The position numbers and the translations under genes are program-made. A stretch of DNA of 63,254 bases, filler included, from Octopus bimaculoides (taxonomy: Eukaryota): NCBI RefSeq assembly GCF_001194135.2. It is 5 parts of 5 records of this genome, joined end to end, with 100 filler letters (N's around TTAATTAATTAA, not from the genome) between each part and the next. Parts side by side here need not be neighbours in the genome. Positions count along the whole stretch, not along the records: positions 1 to 22,925 come from NC_068984.1; positions 23,026 to 31,525 come from NC_068994.1; 3 more parts are not named here. The stretch is one strand, 5' to 3'. The notes beneath the pieces are model-generated. The model was not told the DNA's origin, searched no databases, and worked only from the letters and a program-made list of their open reading frames with translations. Numbering within the stretch: position 1 is the first letter of the stretch; the number at the start of each line of letters is the position of its first letter. This document shows positions 13,727 to 25,423 of the stretch, piece by piece.

Positions 13727-14966
13727 TAGTATGTTTATTTGTGTATGGACGTGTACGTATATTTAGATGGTGTGTTTGAGTACTGTGTGCGTGTATGATC
13801 GTATATGCGTGCGTATGTGCGCGTTTGTGTTTAAGTATGTCTGTATGAGTGTGTGTATAACCATAAATATATTTGCGTATACGTGTATGCACGTACTTGT
13901 AGGGATTTCTCTCTCTCTCTGTTTCTTTCTTGCTCCTCTCTATCTCTCCCTCTCTCCCTCCCTCTCTCTCCTCCTCTCCTCCCCTCTTTCTCTGCGTCTG
14001 TATGTGTGTGTGTGTGTGTGCGTGCGTGCGTGTGTGTGTGTGTGTGTGTGTGTGAGTGTGTGTGTGTTTATTGGTGTATGTAGAGCGCAGTTAATTTGTT
14101 GTTAGTAGGAGTGTAAGCTGAAGGCGCCACACTAATATCAAAACAGACTGAAAGACGGCAGACAAATTGGCAACCAAAGTTTATTTCAGTCTTAAATTAA
14201 CATATTTATTTATCTATTATTTATTTGTTTGTTTATGTCTTTAAATATTTGCATATACATTTTAAAGTCAAATTNNNNNNNNNNNNNNNNNNNNNNNNNN
14301 NNNNNNNNNNNNNNNNNNNNNNNNNNNNNNNNNNNNNNNNNNNNNNNNNNNNNNNNNNNNNNNNNNNNNNNNNNNNNNNNNNNNNNNNNNNNNNNNNNNN
14401 NNNNNNNNNNNNNNNNNNNNNNNNNNNNNNNNNNNNNNNNNNNNNNNNNNNNNNNNNNNNNNNNNNNNNNNNNNNNNNNNNNNNNNNNNNNNNNNNNNNN
14501 NNNNNNNNNNNNNNNNNNNNNNNNNNNNNNNNNNNNNNNNNNNNNNNNNNNNNNNNNNNNNNNNNNNNNNNNNNNNNNNNNNNNNNNNNNNNNNNNNNNN
14601 NNNNNNNNNNNNNNNNNNNNNNNNNNNNNNNNNNNNNNNNNNNNNNNNNNNNNNNNNNNNNNNNNNNNNNNNNNNNNNNNNNNNNNNNNNNNNNNNNNNN
14701 NNNNNNNNNNNNNNNNNNNNNNNNNNNNNNNNNNNNNNNNNNNNNNNNNNNNNNNNNNNNNNNNNNNNNNNNNNNNNNNNNNNNNNNNNNNNNNNNNNNN
14801 NNNNNNNNNNNNNNNNNNNNNNNNNNNNNNNNNNNNNNNNNNNNNNNNNNNNNNNNNNNNNNNNNNNNNNNNNNNNNNNNNNNNNNNNNNNNNNNNNNNN
14901 NNNNNNNNNNNNNNNNNNNNNNNNNNNNNNNNNNNNNNNNNNNNNNNNNNNNNNNNNNNNNNNNNN

Positions 14967-15035
<69 letters not shown>

Positions 15036-15554
15036 ATGTATGTATGTATGTATTAGAGTAAGCACATAAATGTGAAACAAGGTGGAAAAAATAGTACTCG
15101 AATATCGGAGGTAGAGTAATATGCTTTATTAATAAAGCTGCAAAAACATCACAAAACGTCAGCCATAGAAACGAGAATCCGTATTGTTTCGGCACTTTTA
15201 ACATCCAGAGACTTTGAATTTCATGGTAAAACTCATCTGGTTGCTCCAGTTATACTTTGTAACGCCTACCATCTCAGTGATTGACGTTAAAGTGAAAAAG
15301 AGTAAATATTTAGAGGACAACGACATACTGGCGTGACGGAGAACTACGAACAAATACTAGACTTCTTGTTTCGCCATAAGATAGATCTATGGGTAATGCC
15401 ATTCATGTGTTGCTTGTTTAAAAACATATGAGAATAAACCGTTCTCACTATGTTTCAATTGTGCAATATATTTTCTCATCGGTGATTACGCTTATTCTAT
15501 TATTATGTATTCCTTATTTAAACGCATGTGTATATATGTGCGCAGTTGCTTGTA

Positions 15555-16755
15555 TTAAGTTGTAAAGGAAATCCAGTCGCTTTTTCAAGATGGTCTTAAT
15601 TGATACATTTAATCAACTTAACTATATCTATTTAGCAAATTGTTGATCCCTTAAGCGTAAAATTCTTCAGGTTTCGAAGCAAAGAAACACTCAATATCAT
15701 TTTCAACTTCTTCATGATTAATAAAATGTTTCCTTCTATAGAATGTTGCAATGTTTAAAAATGTAATAGTGAGATCGACTAAAGTCATGTGTGTAAAGTG
15801 GATGATACTTCCATATTTAGTGCCATAATCTTTTTTCTGAGTGACTTGAGTATTATTGTGTAAGAGCAATACCCTTCATTATCGACCAATGATGCACGCT
15901 TTTCCGGCAAACCTTTGTGCAATGTTTGCAATTGGTGATAATAATTTTCCGCATCATCTGTTTCGTTTTGGATTAACACTTATGGTAGATGAAACTTTTC
16001 ACATCCCTCCAACACATATCCCTCCAAACTATAATTTTTTTTTAATGGAACGGAGTAAGTTCTGGTTTGGGATGAATCTTCCTCTTTCACTGAGTACTAT
16101 TATCGTATTAGTTGGATATTGATCATAGAAAAACCCACTTTTCATCACTTCTGATGATTCTACCCAGTAAAGGTTCAGGAGCAAATCAGCTCTTCAACTG
16201 GATTAAGCTGAGAAGTAATCAGACGATGAGAGACCCACTGACCAAGTTTAGACACTTTTTGTAGCTAATGAGAGTGTTTTATGATGGAAGATTGAATTAA
16301 ATTGAACTGTTTTGCTATTTCTCGTACAGTTTGCGTTGGATCTTCCTCAACTACGTTTTTCAGAATTTCAGTATTGACAGAACGTGGCCGTCCAGATAGA
16401 AGGGAATCTGCGAGAGAAAGATTTTTCGAGTGAAATTGGCCAAATCATCGTTGGCATGCCCAGATAGTTAATGCTCCATTTTCTTAGACATATTGAATAT
16501 CCTCGTCAGTTCTATTGCTGAAGAGGACCTTTTGAATTCAAACAGCATGCAGTGTCTGATATGAGTTTAATCTAAACTTATTTTTAAAGGGTAAGAACGA
16601 TACGAATTTAACCATTATGCTATGAAATAACCAACAAAGAAATAAAAAAAAATCATTAGTATATAAAATTTAATGCTTATTTTACCGTAAGTATCGAAGA
16701 AATACTTTCACAATGATCATGTCAAAAATGCGACAGGACTATCTTTCCAGTTTAA
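15555..16755 (-). mobile_element. Full-length decayed mariner transposon with TIRs and TA target sites
   Basis: TA-TTAAGTTGTAAAGGAAATCCAGTCGCTTTTT at 15553 mirrors AAAATGCGACAGGACTATCTTTCCAGTTTAA-TA ending at 16757. Fragments 'RHCMLFEFKR', 'SGRPRSVNTEILKNVVEEDPTQTVRE' and 'HEEVENDIECFFASKPEEFY'. Confidence 0.85.
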
Positions 16756-16782
16756 TATTTGTGTAGAAAGCATGATACTTAC

Positions 16783-16923
16783 CAGCCAGTATAAGTAGAA
16801 TGGCCACGGCTTTATGTGCATTGCACTTACAGTCACAACACAAGGCTATTGTTGCTATAAGCAGACTGAGGATACCACATACGGCGCCAATAGAGTAGAG
16901 GGCTTGAGTGACTTGAATCAAGA
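16783..16923 (-). CDS. Internal coding exon of the claudin/PMP22-like gene (TM2 and intracellular loop)
   Basis: ATTGCAG acceptor and G|GTAAGT donor. 141 nt, phase 1-1, encodes xLIQVTQALYSIGAVCGILSLLIATIALCCDCKCNAHKAVAILLILA. G+TG joins in frame to the exon at 9676 as Val. Confidence 0.85.
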
Positions 16924-17588
16924 CTGCAATATGGAATAAAAGAAAAACCGTTGAAACATTTATAGATATACATTTGAGACATTTGAAAGGTTAGAAATAG
17001 AAGTCTACAAAAAACAAACTATTTAAAAAAAAAAACTTTAATCATACAAACAAATTTACATACACCATCACTAATCCAAAGCTACTCAAGTACATTAGTG
17101 GAACGAGTAAATATATGGACTACAAGACCAGGAAAAGATGACAGAATAAAAGGATCAAGATTGTGTGTGTAGGTGGATGGGTGGTGGGTGGGAAGTTTGT
17201 CACCTTTGCGTGGATGAGTTGCTCGTTTCATTGTTTAAATTTTATCTTATTTTAAATATGCTTTGTTTTTATGTATTTTCTGTTTCTGTAATGTTCATCA
17301 AACTTTAAGTACGTTCATTGCAAACGTCCTTACCTGTCACCGCGCATTTATAAAACTTTCTCATGTCCAACTTCACTTACTTTTGTAATTGCAGTTTTAA
17401 TGTGTGTTTGACTTCATTTATTTATTTATTTATTTTTTTTCATTTTGTTGGTTACATAAACATGTTGGGCGACTGCCGTTCTTTAAGCTGTTGACTTGGT
17501 AGCTTCATGTAGGTAGGCATTGATCTTGGGCTGCTATGATAAATCCTTCTGTCTTTGATTTTAAGCTATTATTCTAATAATAATAATA

Positions 17589-17647
<59 letters not shown>

Positions 17648-17660
17648 CATTATTATTATT

Positions 17661-17710
<50 letters not shown>

Positions 17711-17713
17711 TCA

Positions 17714-18135
17714 AGGCGCGAGCTGGCAGAATCTTTAGCTTGACGGACAAAATACTTAGTGGTGTTTAGTCCATCTTTACGTTCTGAGTTCAAATTCTGC
17801 GGAGGTCGACTTTACCTTTCATATTTTCTGGCCCGATAACATAAGCACCAGTTTAGCCCTGAGGCCAATATAATCAACTTACTCTCTCCCCGAAATTGCT
17901 GGCCTTGTGCCAAAATTTGAAACCATTATTATAACTATTAAAGCGGCAAACTGGCAGAATCGTTAAGTATTTTGTCCGCGAGTTTAAATGCTGACGATGT
18001 TCACTTTGCTTTTCATCTTTTCAGGGTCAGTGAAATAAGTACCATTTGAGTACTGGGGTCGATGTAATCGTCTAACCACCCTTCTCTCCCAATATTTCAG
18101 GCATTGTGCATATTGTAGGAAAGCATAATTATTAT
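17714..18135 (+). mobile_element. Two tandem SINE family A copies
   Basis: GGCGCGAGCTGGCAGAATC...GAGTTCAAATTC...GGCCTTGTGCC, followed by GCGGCAAACTGGCAGAATCGTT...GGCATTGTGC. Preceded by a TTA/CAT microsatellite. Confidence 0.8.
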
Positions 18136-18179
18136 AACTGACAACTCCTCAGACTGACATTTTTTGATTTGTAAATTTT

Positions 18180-18725
18180 TTTCCCAATCTGAATTGCTAA
18201 GAGGATGTTGCCAAGAGGATATTTCTAAAACGGCATTGTTAGCATGACGTTGCTGAGTTGAATTGCCGACCTGACATTGTTTAGGTGGGATTAGCTCAAT
18301 GACATTTTTTTTACGATATCATTGTTGATACAACAACGTTGCTTAGGTGACATTGTCTCAGAGATTGCTAAGATTACATTGTTGACAAGACATGGCTATG
18401 ATAGTTTCTAAGATGACATTGTTGATATTACGTTGCTGCAGTGTCATTGTGGAGATGAGGTTCTAAGGTAGCACTTCTGATATGACGTTGCTAATGCAAC
18501 GTTGGTAAGGTGTGAAATTGCTGGCGTGATGTCACTAAAGTTTCATTGCTAAATTGAGTTTCTAAGGTGGCAGTACTGACTAGTGTTTTCTCAGCATTCT
18601 TAAGGTTTCTTTGTGGGTTGAAGTTCTTATGTGACAGTGTTATCAAATTGCTAAACTGTGATTGTTGAGATGATGTTGTTAAGGCACCATGGTTGAGATG
18701 ACGTTGCTAAGGTATCATGCTGAAA
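18180..18725. repeat. Highly degenerate ~13-bp minisatellite (GATGACGTTGCTA-like)
   Basis: Recurring GACATTGTT, GACGTTGCT and TTGCTAAG words at short regular spacing. Confidence 0.6.
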
Positions 18726-18993
18726 GGTAGAAAGCTAATTTGACTTCTGTGAAATTTAATCTCAGATCCCAGTAAAGTGACAAAAACAAATACCTGTCGG
18801 CGCCAGGCAAATACAGAGATCGACATTGTCAACTACCCCGCTCCCTAATCGTTGGCTTTTGTGCCAATGTTTGGAGCAATTATTTTAATCTTTGCTTAAG
18901 AATAACAACTAAATGCTTCTTCATGGCTGACTCAATACCGAGAGCAGAATCTGAATTATTATAGAATTCAACAAGGAATTCAAGTTCCGTAAG

Positions 18994-19060
<67 letters not shown>

Positions 19061-20686
19061 CGTGCGTGTGTGCGTGTGTGTAAAATTTGTTTTATCCACT
19101 TGAATGTGAATGTTTGCTTCTGTTCCCCTTTTCTAACCGATTTACTTTGGCTATATTTCAGATCTGAAATGCTGTGTAATTTTTCACATTTAGACTAGTA
19201 TTCCCATTTAGACATCGTATTCCATTTTCTGAAAATATGTTCACATTTGCTAACAAAAGTCTAATGGAAGAATTTTAAGGAAGTGAAACGATTTCATCGA
19301 GAATGGGAAACGAGTGGCGCTGATTTAGGTTACAAGGGTATATAATATTCTACAGAATAGTATAAAGTACTTGCTGCTTTATCATTCATAAAACACAGTC
19401 TGTTATCATATATAGAGCACGGTTTATTTGCAAAGACAGCCTCCTTACATGTCTACATATTTTTTCGTTTCACAGTCATTCTTGCAAAACGTTCACAGTA
19501 CACGCGCATGTGCATGCGCAAATACCGCCACATGTGTAATCCCTCTTTCTCCCTCTGCCCTTTCTCACTCTTTCATATGCGTGTGTAAATATATGCGTGT
19601 TTGTGTACGTATACACACACACACACAAACATATATATATTCATAGATATATATACAAACATACAATTATGTGTGTGTATGTAAATATATATATATATAT
19701 ATATATNNNNNNNNNNNNNNNNNNNNNNNNNNNNNNNNNNNNNNNNNNNNNNNNNNNNNNNNNNNNNNNNNNNNNNNNNNNNNNNNNNNNNNNNNNNNNN
19801 NNNNNNNNNNNNNNNNNNNNNNNNNNNNNNNNNNNNNNNNNNNNNNNNNNNNNNNNNNNNNNNNNNNNNNNNNNNNNNNNNNNNNNNNNNNNNNNNNNNN
19901 NNNNNNNNNNNNNNNNNNNNNNNNNNNNNNNNNNNNNNNNNNNNNNNNNNNNNNNNNNNNNNNNNNNNNNNNNNNNNNNNNNNNNNNNNNNNNNNNNNNN
20001 NNNNNNNNNNNNNNNNNNNNNNNNNNNNNNNNNNNNNNNNNNNNNNNNNNNNNNNNNNNNNNNNNNNNNNNNNNNNNNNNNNNNNNNNNNNNNNNNNNNN
20101 NNNNNNNNNNNNNNNNNNNNNNNNNNNNNNNNNNNNNNNNNNNNNNNNNNNNNNNNNNNNNNNNNNNNNNNNNNNNNNNNNNATATATATATATATATAT
20201 ATACTTACGCCCACACACACAAACTCACAAACATCAAAACATCACAATCATATGTACATGCATATACACACACCCATCTAAAAATATACCCAAACATAAC
20301 ACAGATGGCGAAACCAAAAACGCTTCAACACTCAACTAAACAAAAACTGTTGCATATAAACACAGCTACTTCTACACTCTACAATATACACGTACACCTA
20401 TACACACAGACATACACACACACACAACACACACACACGCACGCAAGCATAAAACACGCATGCATATACATATTCTGACACACTTATGCACACTCACACA
20501 TATACAGACACACAAATACACATGTATATATATTTACATCCATACATACACATACCACATCCCAGAAATAGACAAATAACAACTATTTTTGACAAGCAAT
20601 TTCTCCCTAGTTGCCTATATTATACAAGCTTCTAAATGTTGTGGGTTTGGATATATACAAGACACATATGTGTCTCTGTGTGTGTG

Positions 20687-20722
<36 letters not shown>

Positions 20723-20966
20723 NNNNNNNNNNAGTGACAGAGACGTCGGAGGAGAAGGCAAAGAACGGGACGAAATTGAGAGGAGCATAGTACCAAGATT
20801 GAGTGATTTATGATGACACACATGCTTGACATTTCTAGCGTTACGGCTGGTCATATATTATCGGAGGAAGTCGATCTATGCACGTGATTAGCACACTAAA
20901 CTGACAATCGCCTCAGTTCATCTGCCTCAATATGTACGTTGAATATGTATATATGTATATACAGAA

Positions 20967-21023
<57 letters not shown>

Positions 21024-22639
21024 CTGTTGCTACAAGCAGTATCAATGGCAAAGGTAAATGAAGAAGTCTCTAGTGGTTGTTGTTGCTGTTGCATTTCTTG
21101 AGGATGTTTTTGTTGTTGGTGGTGTTGTTGATGATGTTTTTGTCGTCGTCGTCTTTGTTGTTGTTGTAGTTGTTGTTGCTGCTGCTGCTGCTGCTGCTAT
21201 TATTTAATTCCAGGTCAGAACTGATCTATGACAAAAGCCGTCCTAGTAAGGGGCATGCTGTCTTGTTATGTGTATACAGGCGTTCATTATCCTATGTTTC
21301 TTTTCCATTTTTGGAGGCTTGGCTGTTATTTCTAGCAGGCCCAACTACCATATAAAGGCTTTTCATTTATCAGCTTAAAATACCCAGAAATTAGGGACGG
21401 AGTTTGCCACATTAGCCAATCAAAGATAAATTCTATGTATAGGCGAGTTGTAAACGCCGGACAGTCTTAAGTACACCTATGATCGAAAGTATTCCAAAGG
21501 TAACCATTCTTAATTGCTTTCAATCATAGTACATCTCAATAAACAGAAGTCCATATAAAAAGTACTGGATCGAAATATGTATTCAGATTCATACAATCAA
21601 CTAAAAACACCGAAGGCTATGCCCCAACCTAGTAATGACCGGAATTGTTAAAAAAGAAAATTGATGTAGAAACACATTGAAACCGTGTAACGATTGTAGA
21701 CTGTCCCGAGCTTATCTCACGCCCCGTGGTGCTTAGTCATATTACTAAATGAAATACTCCTCTTTTACGTGGTATAAGTCCTCACTCATTTTAGAAGAGT
21801 AAGAAAAAGCAATTGATAATATAGTCGAATTTTAAACCTCGATATATTACTGGTATTTTAGTCTTACGATTCTACGTACCAACATCGGAAAGTTGAGGCA
21901 AGGGGAAAAAAAAGTGGGATTCATTTATACGTGTTTTGAACTCTAAACAGTAAAGTACAGATAAAGATACAAAATAAGTTGGACATACAATTGAGCAATA
22001 CACAACCACCACATAGGAACCTTCTACATGGTTCGCTTTATCTGCTAGAATTAGTAGCCAAATTTTCTTTAAATCCCGCGCTACCGCCAAATAAAAATAA
22101 ATATTTAAATAATAAAGGATATTTTGGATGTGTACAAAAAAAAAATATATGGAATGATAACGGATGGAACGCCTTTGATCATAGGACTGCTCAATGAAAG
22201 CTGGTTTGGGACTAAACAACAATAAAGGACCCCACACCCTACCAGGCAAGCCGAAAGACAATGATATAGTTTCAATTGTCATCTGGAAGCCATTTCATTT
22301 CAGAGTCTATAGCTAATTTGGAATTACAAACATCACAGTTTAATCTTTTCCCTCTTCTCCTCCTCCCTCATCTCATCCTCGTGAAAGCGAAAATGGAGAA
22401 AAGCCAATCTTCACTCTACAACGTCTATTGTTAATAATTCCTGACACTTCAGATACACCCTTATGGGGAAAAAAATAACAGAATTCAAAGCTTGGACAAG
22501 CTCTAAGGATTCTATACATTTTGAACGGCATTATTGCAAGCATGGAATTAAAATAACTGGCAATTGTTGTACAAGTATTAACATTTGAAGACGCGCGTGC
22601 AGTACACACACACACACACACGTATTTATACATATATAT

Positions 22640-22925
22640 ATGTATACATATACATTAATGTATATATTTATATATGGGAGAATATACAAAAAATAACAAC
22701 AGACGAGGACAGGTGGTGTAAATAACAAAAGTATATATTAGTATGACGCTCGGGAATACGGAAAGTCTTTGACGTTTCGAGCTACGCTCTTCAACAGAAA
22801 GAATACGGATACAAGGAGAAAAACACGGAGAAAAAAAAAATTGAATAGTGTTCAGTCAACGGTCAATCATAATAATGGCCGATCATAACAATGACTGACC
22901 GGAAGTTAGAAATTCTTATTTCAGG
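22640..22925 (-). mobile_element. Penelope-associated terminal repeat carrying a hammerhead-like motif (22766-22802)
   Basis: Highly similar to 36560-36780 (+) and related to 29680-29880 (-). Minus strand reads TCTTT CTGTTGAA GAGC GTA GCTC GAAA C GTC AAAGA. Confidence 0.65.
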
Positions 22926-23025
22926 NNNNNNNNNNNNNNNNNNNNNNNNNNNNNNNNNNNNNNNNNNNNTTAATTAATTAANNNNNNNNNNNNNNNNNNN
23001 NNNNNNNNNNNNNNNNNNNNNNNNN
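22926..23025. other. Artificial assembly linker (44 N + TTAATTAATTAA + 44 N)
   Basis: Identical 100-bp structure at four sites. The 12-mer is palindromic and gives stops in all six frames. Confidence 0.9.
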
Positions 23026-23170
23026 ACCGCAAAACGGTTTAATGATATCACTCGAAATCCGGACTACACTCATAATTTTTTTTTTTTCTTATGGGCCGAA
23101 ATAGCTTGTGGTGTGATGGAGGAAAAAGACAACAAGAAGCAAAAGGACAGAATGAAACGTTGGACCTTAC

Positions 23171-23330
23171 CTTGTCGACCGCAGCGGAGTACACAATCGC
23201 TCTTGATCTAAACACGTCTTTCTCGTAACCTGTCTGTTTTCTGACTCGCACGTGCTGGCCTTCGACCGTGTGTGGCCGACTTCCGGTCTGACCCTTCCGG
23301 TCTGGCCCTTCCGGTCTGGCTTCACTTCTG
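23171..23330 (-). promoter_or_regulatory. Putative CpG-rich promoter and non-coding first exon
   Basis: Three tandem ~14-bp units each containing CCGGAAG (ETS-type), an E-box CACGTG, locally high CpG, and a strong donor AAG|GTAAGG at 23171/23170. Confidence 0.4.
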
Positions 23331-23687
23331 TTTGTCTCATCTCTCTCCACCAACAACACACAGCTCATCACAGCCCCTAACACCACAAAGAGCTGACCAC
23401 AAAATATTGACATCACCATACCACAGACCATATCATCCTATATTCACTACACCACACAACATTCCTCCCATGCCAAACTCCATCACATTACATCATTCTC
23501 CCTCACAACATGTAGTATCCCCATCAAGGTGCACTCCACCATATATTATATTGCTTTATCCCACAAGAGCTTACCACACTTCTCTTCACCCTGCCACTCA
23601 CTCCCGTACTCCAACATTTCACACTACAACCCATACAATCCATATCACATCGATCCAAAACACACAACAAACTACAATAGCACCAAC

Positions 23688-23798
23688 TTTGTATTCTTCA
23701 TTGTCGATTTGGTGAGTATCTGGTAGGTCCCTTAGATAGAAGAAACTCTGTTCCTTGGAATGAATCACATCATTCAGAACAGCATGCTGAATTTCAAG
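23688..23798 (-). CDS. Exon of DUF4062-domain protein (third visible exon)
   Basis: TTCTTCAG acceptor. 111 nt, phase 0, LEIQHAVLNDVIHSKEQSFFYLRDLPDTHQIDNEEYK. Continues the family motif SVT.LEI.H.VL...FFY.RD. The donor (GTTGGT) is less certain. Confidence 0.75.
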
Positions 23799-24689
23799 CT
23801 GAAGAACAACAAGGGTAGAAATTCTATTCAGAACAAGGATTTGATTTGAATCTCTGTGGTGTCTTTTGGATAAAATTCAAACCACATGATAAGAAACGAC
23901 CTTCTCAACCACAGAGCCATACTTGTTCCCACACATACACATTCAAGCACAGATACATGTGCTATGCCTGTGATATAACAATGCTACAGTCATAATGAGC
24001 AATATGAAGTAAAACAATATCAGCCTAGTATAAAATCCTTGTCTCTCTTGCTAATTAGTTCTCTATCAATAACCAGTGAAGAACTTGCACTGTCTTAGAT
24101 ATGTGAAACCTATCAAACAGGACAGTGACAATGAAACAGTGATAAAGAGTCAGTGACATTAATGAGACAATGAAAATATGTATGACATGACTGAGGTACT
24201 TCCTTTTACCAACTCTCACTCAGCTATCATGACTTACGATGGTGTCAAACAGCATTAAAATGTACGGTCTAAAGTTGTTTGGGAATATATTATTTTGATC
24301 CCAGAATACGAATCATAATCTAGAAATCAAAACACAGGCATACAAAACATAAATTAAAACTTATATGAATTAAAATACCTATAAATAAAGCATAAAACAT
24401 AGTTCAATTGAAAAGGATAAAATACTAAGAAAGTAAAAGGTGAAGAGACTAAGCAATCAATATTCACTCATTAAAAAACAAAAACAAAAAAAAAGGGTCA
24501 GATTCCACCCATCCATTTCCCTTAGTAACTTTCCAAAAAAAAGGACTGGAAATTGTGAAGGATGACTTCCGAATCTCTTGCAACTCTTCTGGACGATCCC
24601 CTTGTCTAAAATACACAAAAGTGAAAATAACACTGACATCTCATTTTAACAGATATATTTCCCAAAATTACATAAAAATATCTTCAAAT

Positions 24690-24950
24690 ACTAAAAAGTA
24701 AATTTATCCAATAAAATCGCCATTGGCTTCAACCACAGTCTCCAGACGACTTCGGAATCTCCTGCAACTCTTCTGGATAGTCTCCTTGTTTAAGTTGGTG
24801 AATGCTGCCATAATCCTTGCCTTCAGTCCATAAGGAGTTTTATTGGTCTCTCGCTCAACTGTACCCTACACAAAATAATCAAGAGGGTTGCGGTCTGGGG
24901 AGTTAGGTAGCCAGATGTTAGGGGTTGTGTGGTCACAAATCTGAATTGCT
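24690..24950 (-). mobile_element. Tc1/mariner transposase C-terminal remnant
   Basis: 'WLPNSPDRNPLDYFV*GTVERETNKTPYGLKARIMAAFTNLNKETIQKSCRRFRSRLETVVEANGDFI' contains the SPDLNP.D catalytic motif. Confidence 0.8.
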
Positions 24951-25252
24951 ATGTCATGTGCCTTCAGACATGCACACATATATTGAGAGATGATAGAATG
25001 AGAGCATGGAATAAAAGTATTGTGTAATATTTCATTCACCCATTTAGGTTCTGAGTTAAACTATTGCCATTAACTTTGCCTTTCCTTTTGAAGGTGATAA
25101 AATAAATAATCAAAGTGGATATAATTGATTATACCCTAAAGTAGATGCAGCACAATCACATGACTTTCAGTAATTTTAAAGTATTTCAATAGCCTCAATA
25201 TTTAGCGCATATGCAACACACAAACACTCTTTACTAAACATTTACACCCTAC

Positions 25253-25423
25253 CTGTGTTACACTGACTCCATAACGACACTCTTCCAACCATTTTAAATC
25301 ACTGATATGTTCAATGGCATAATTAAAACTCTCATTAAGGACAATATCAGGTTTGTCTTCTCTCTGGCTCCAACCAAATTTTTCTCCCATTAAAGAAATG
25401 AAGTAAGGGCGACATCTCTCAAT
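25253..25423 (-). CDS. Exon of DUF4062-domain protein (second visible exon)
   Basis: TTTTTCTTCCAG acceptor and CAG|GTAGGG donor. 171 nt, phase 0-0, IERCRPYFISLMGEKFGWSQREDKPDIVLNESFNYAIEHISDLKWLEECRYGVSVTQ. Confidence 0.9.

Noticed and set aside
17334-17364. Possible mini first exon (MRKFYKCAVT, G|GTAAGG, phase 1) for the claudin-like gene
   Set aside because: The phase fits, but it lacks TM1 and the W-GLW-C-C loop, and there is a stop five codons upstream of the ATG. A chance donor is likely.
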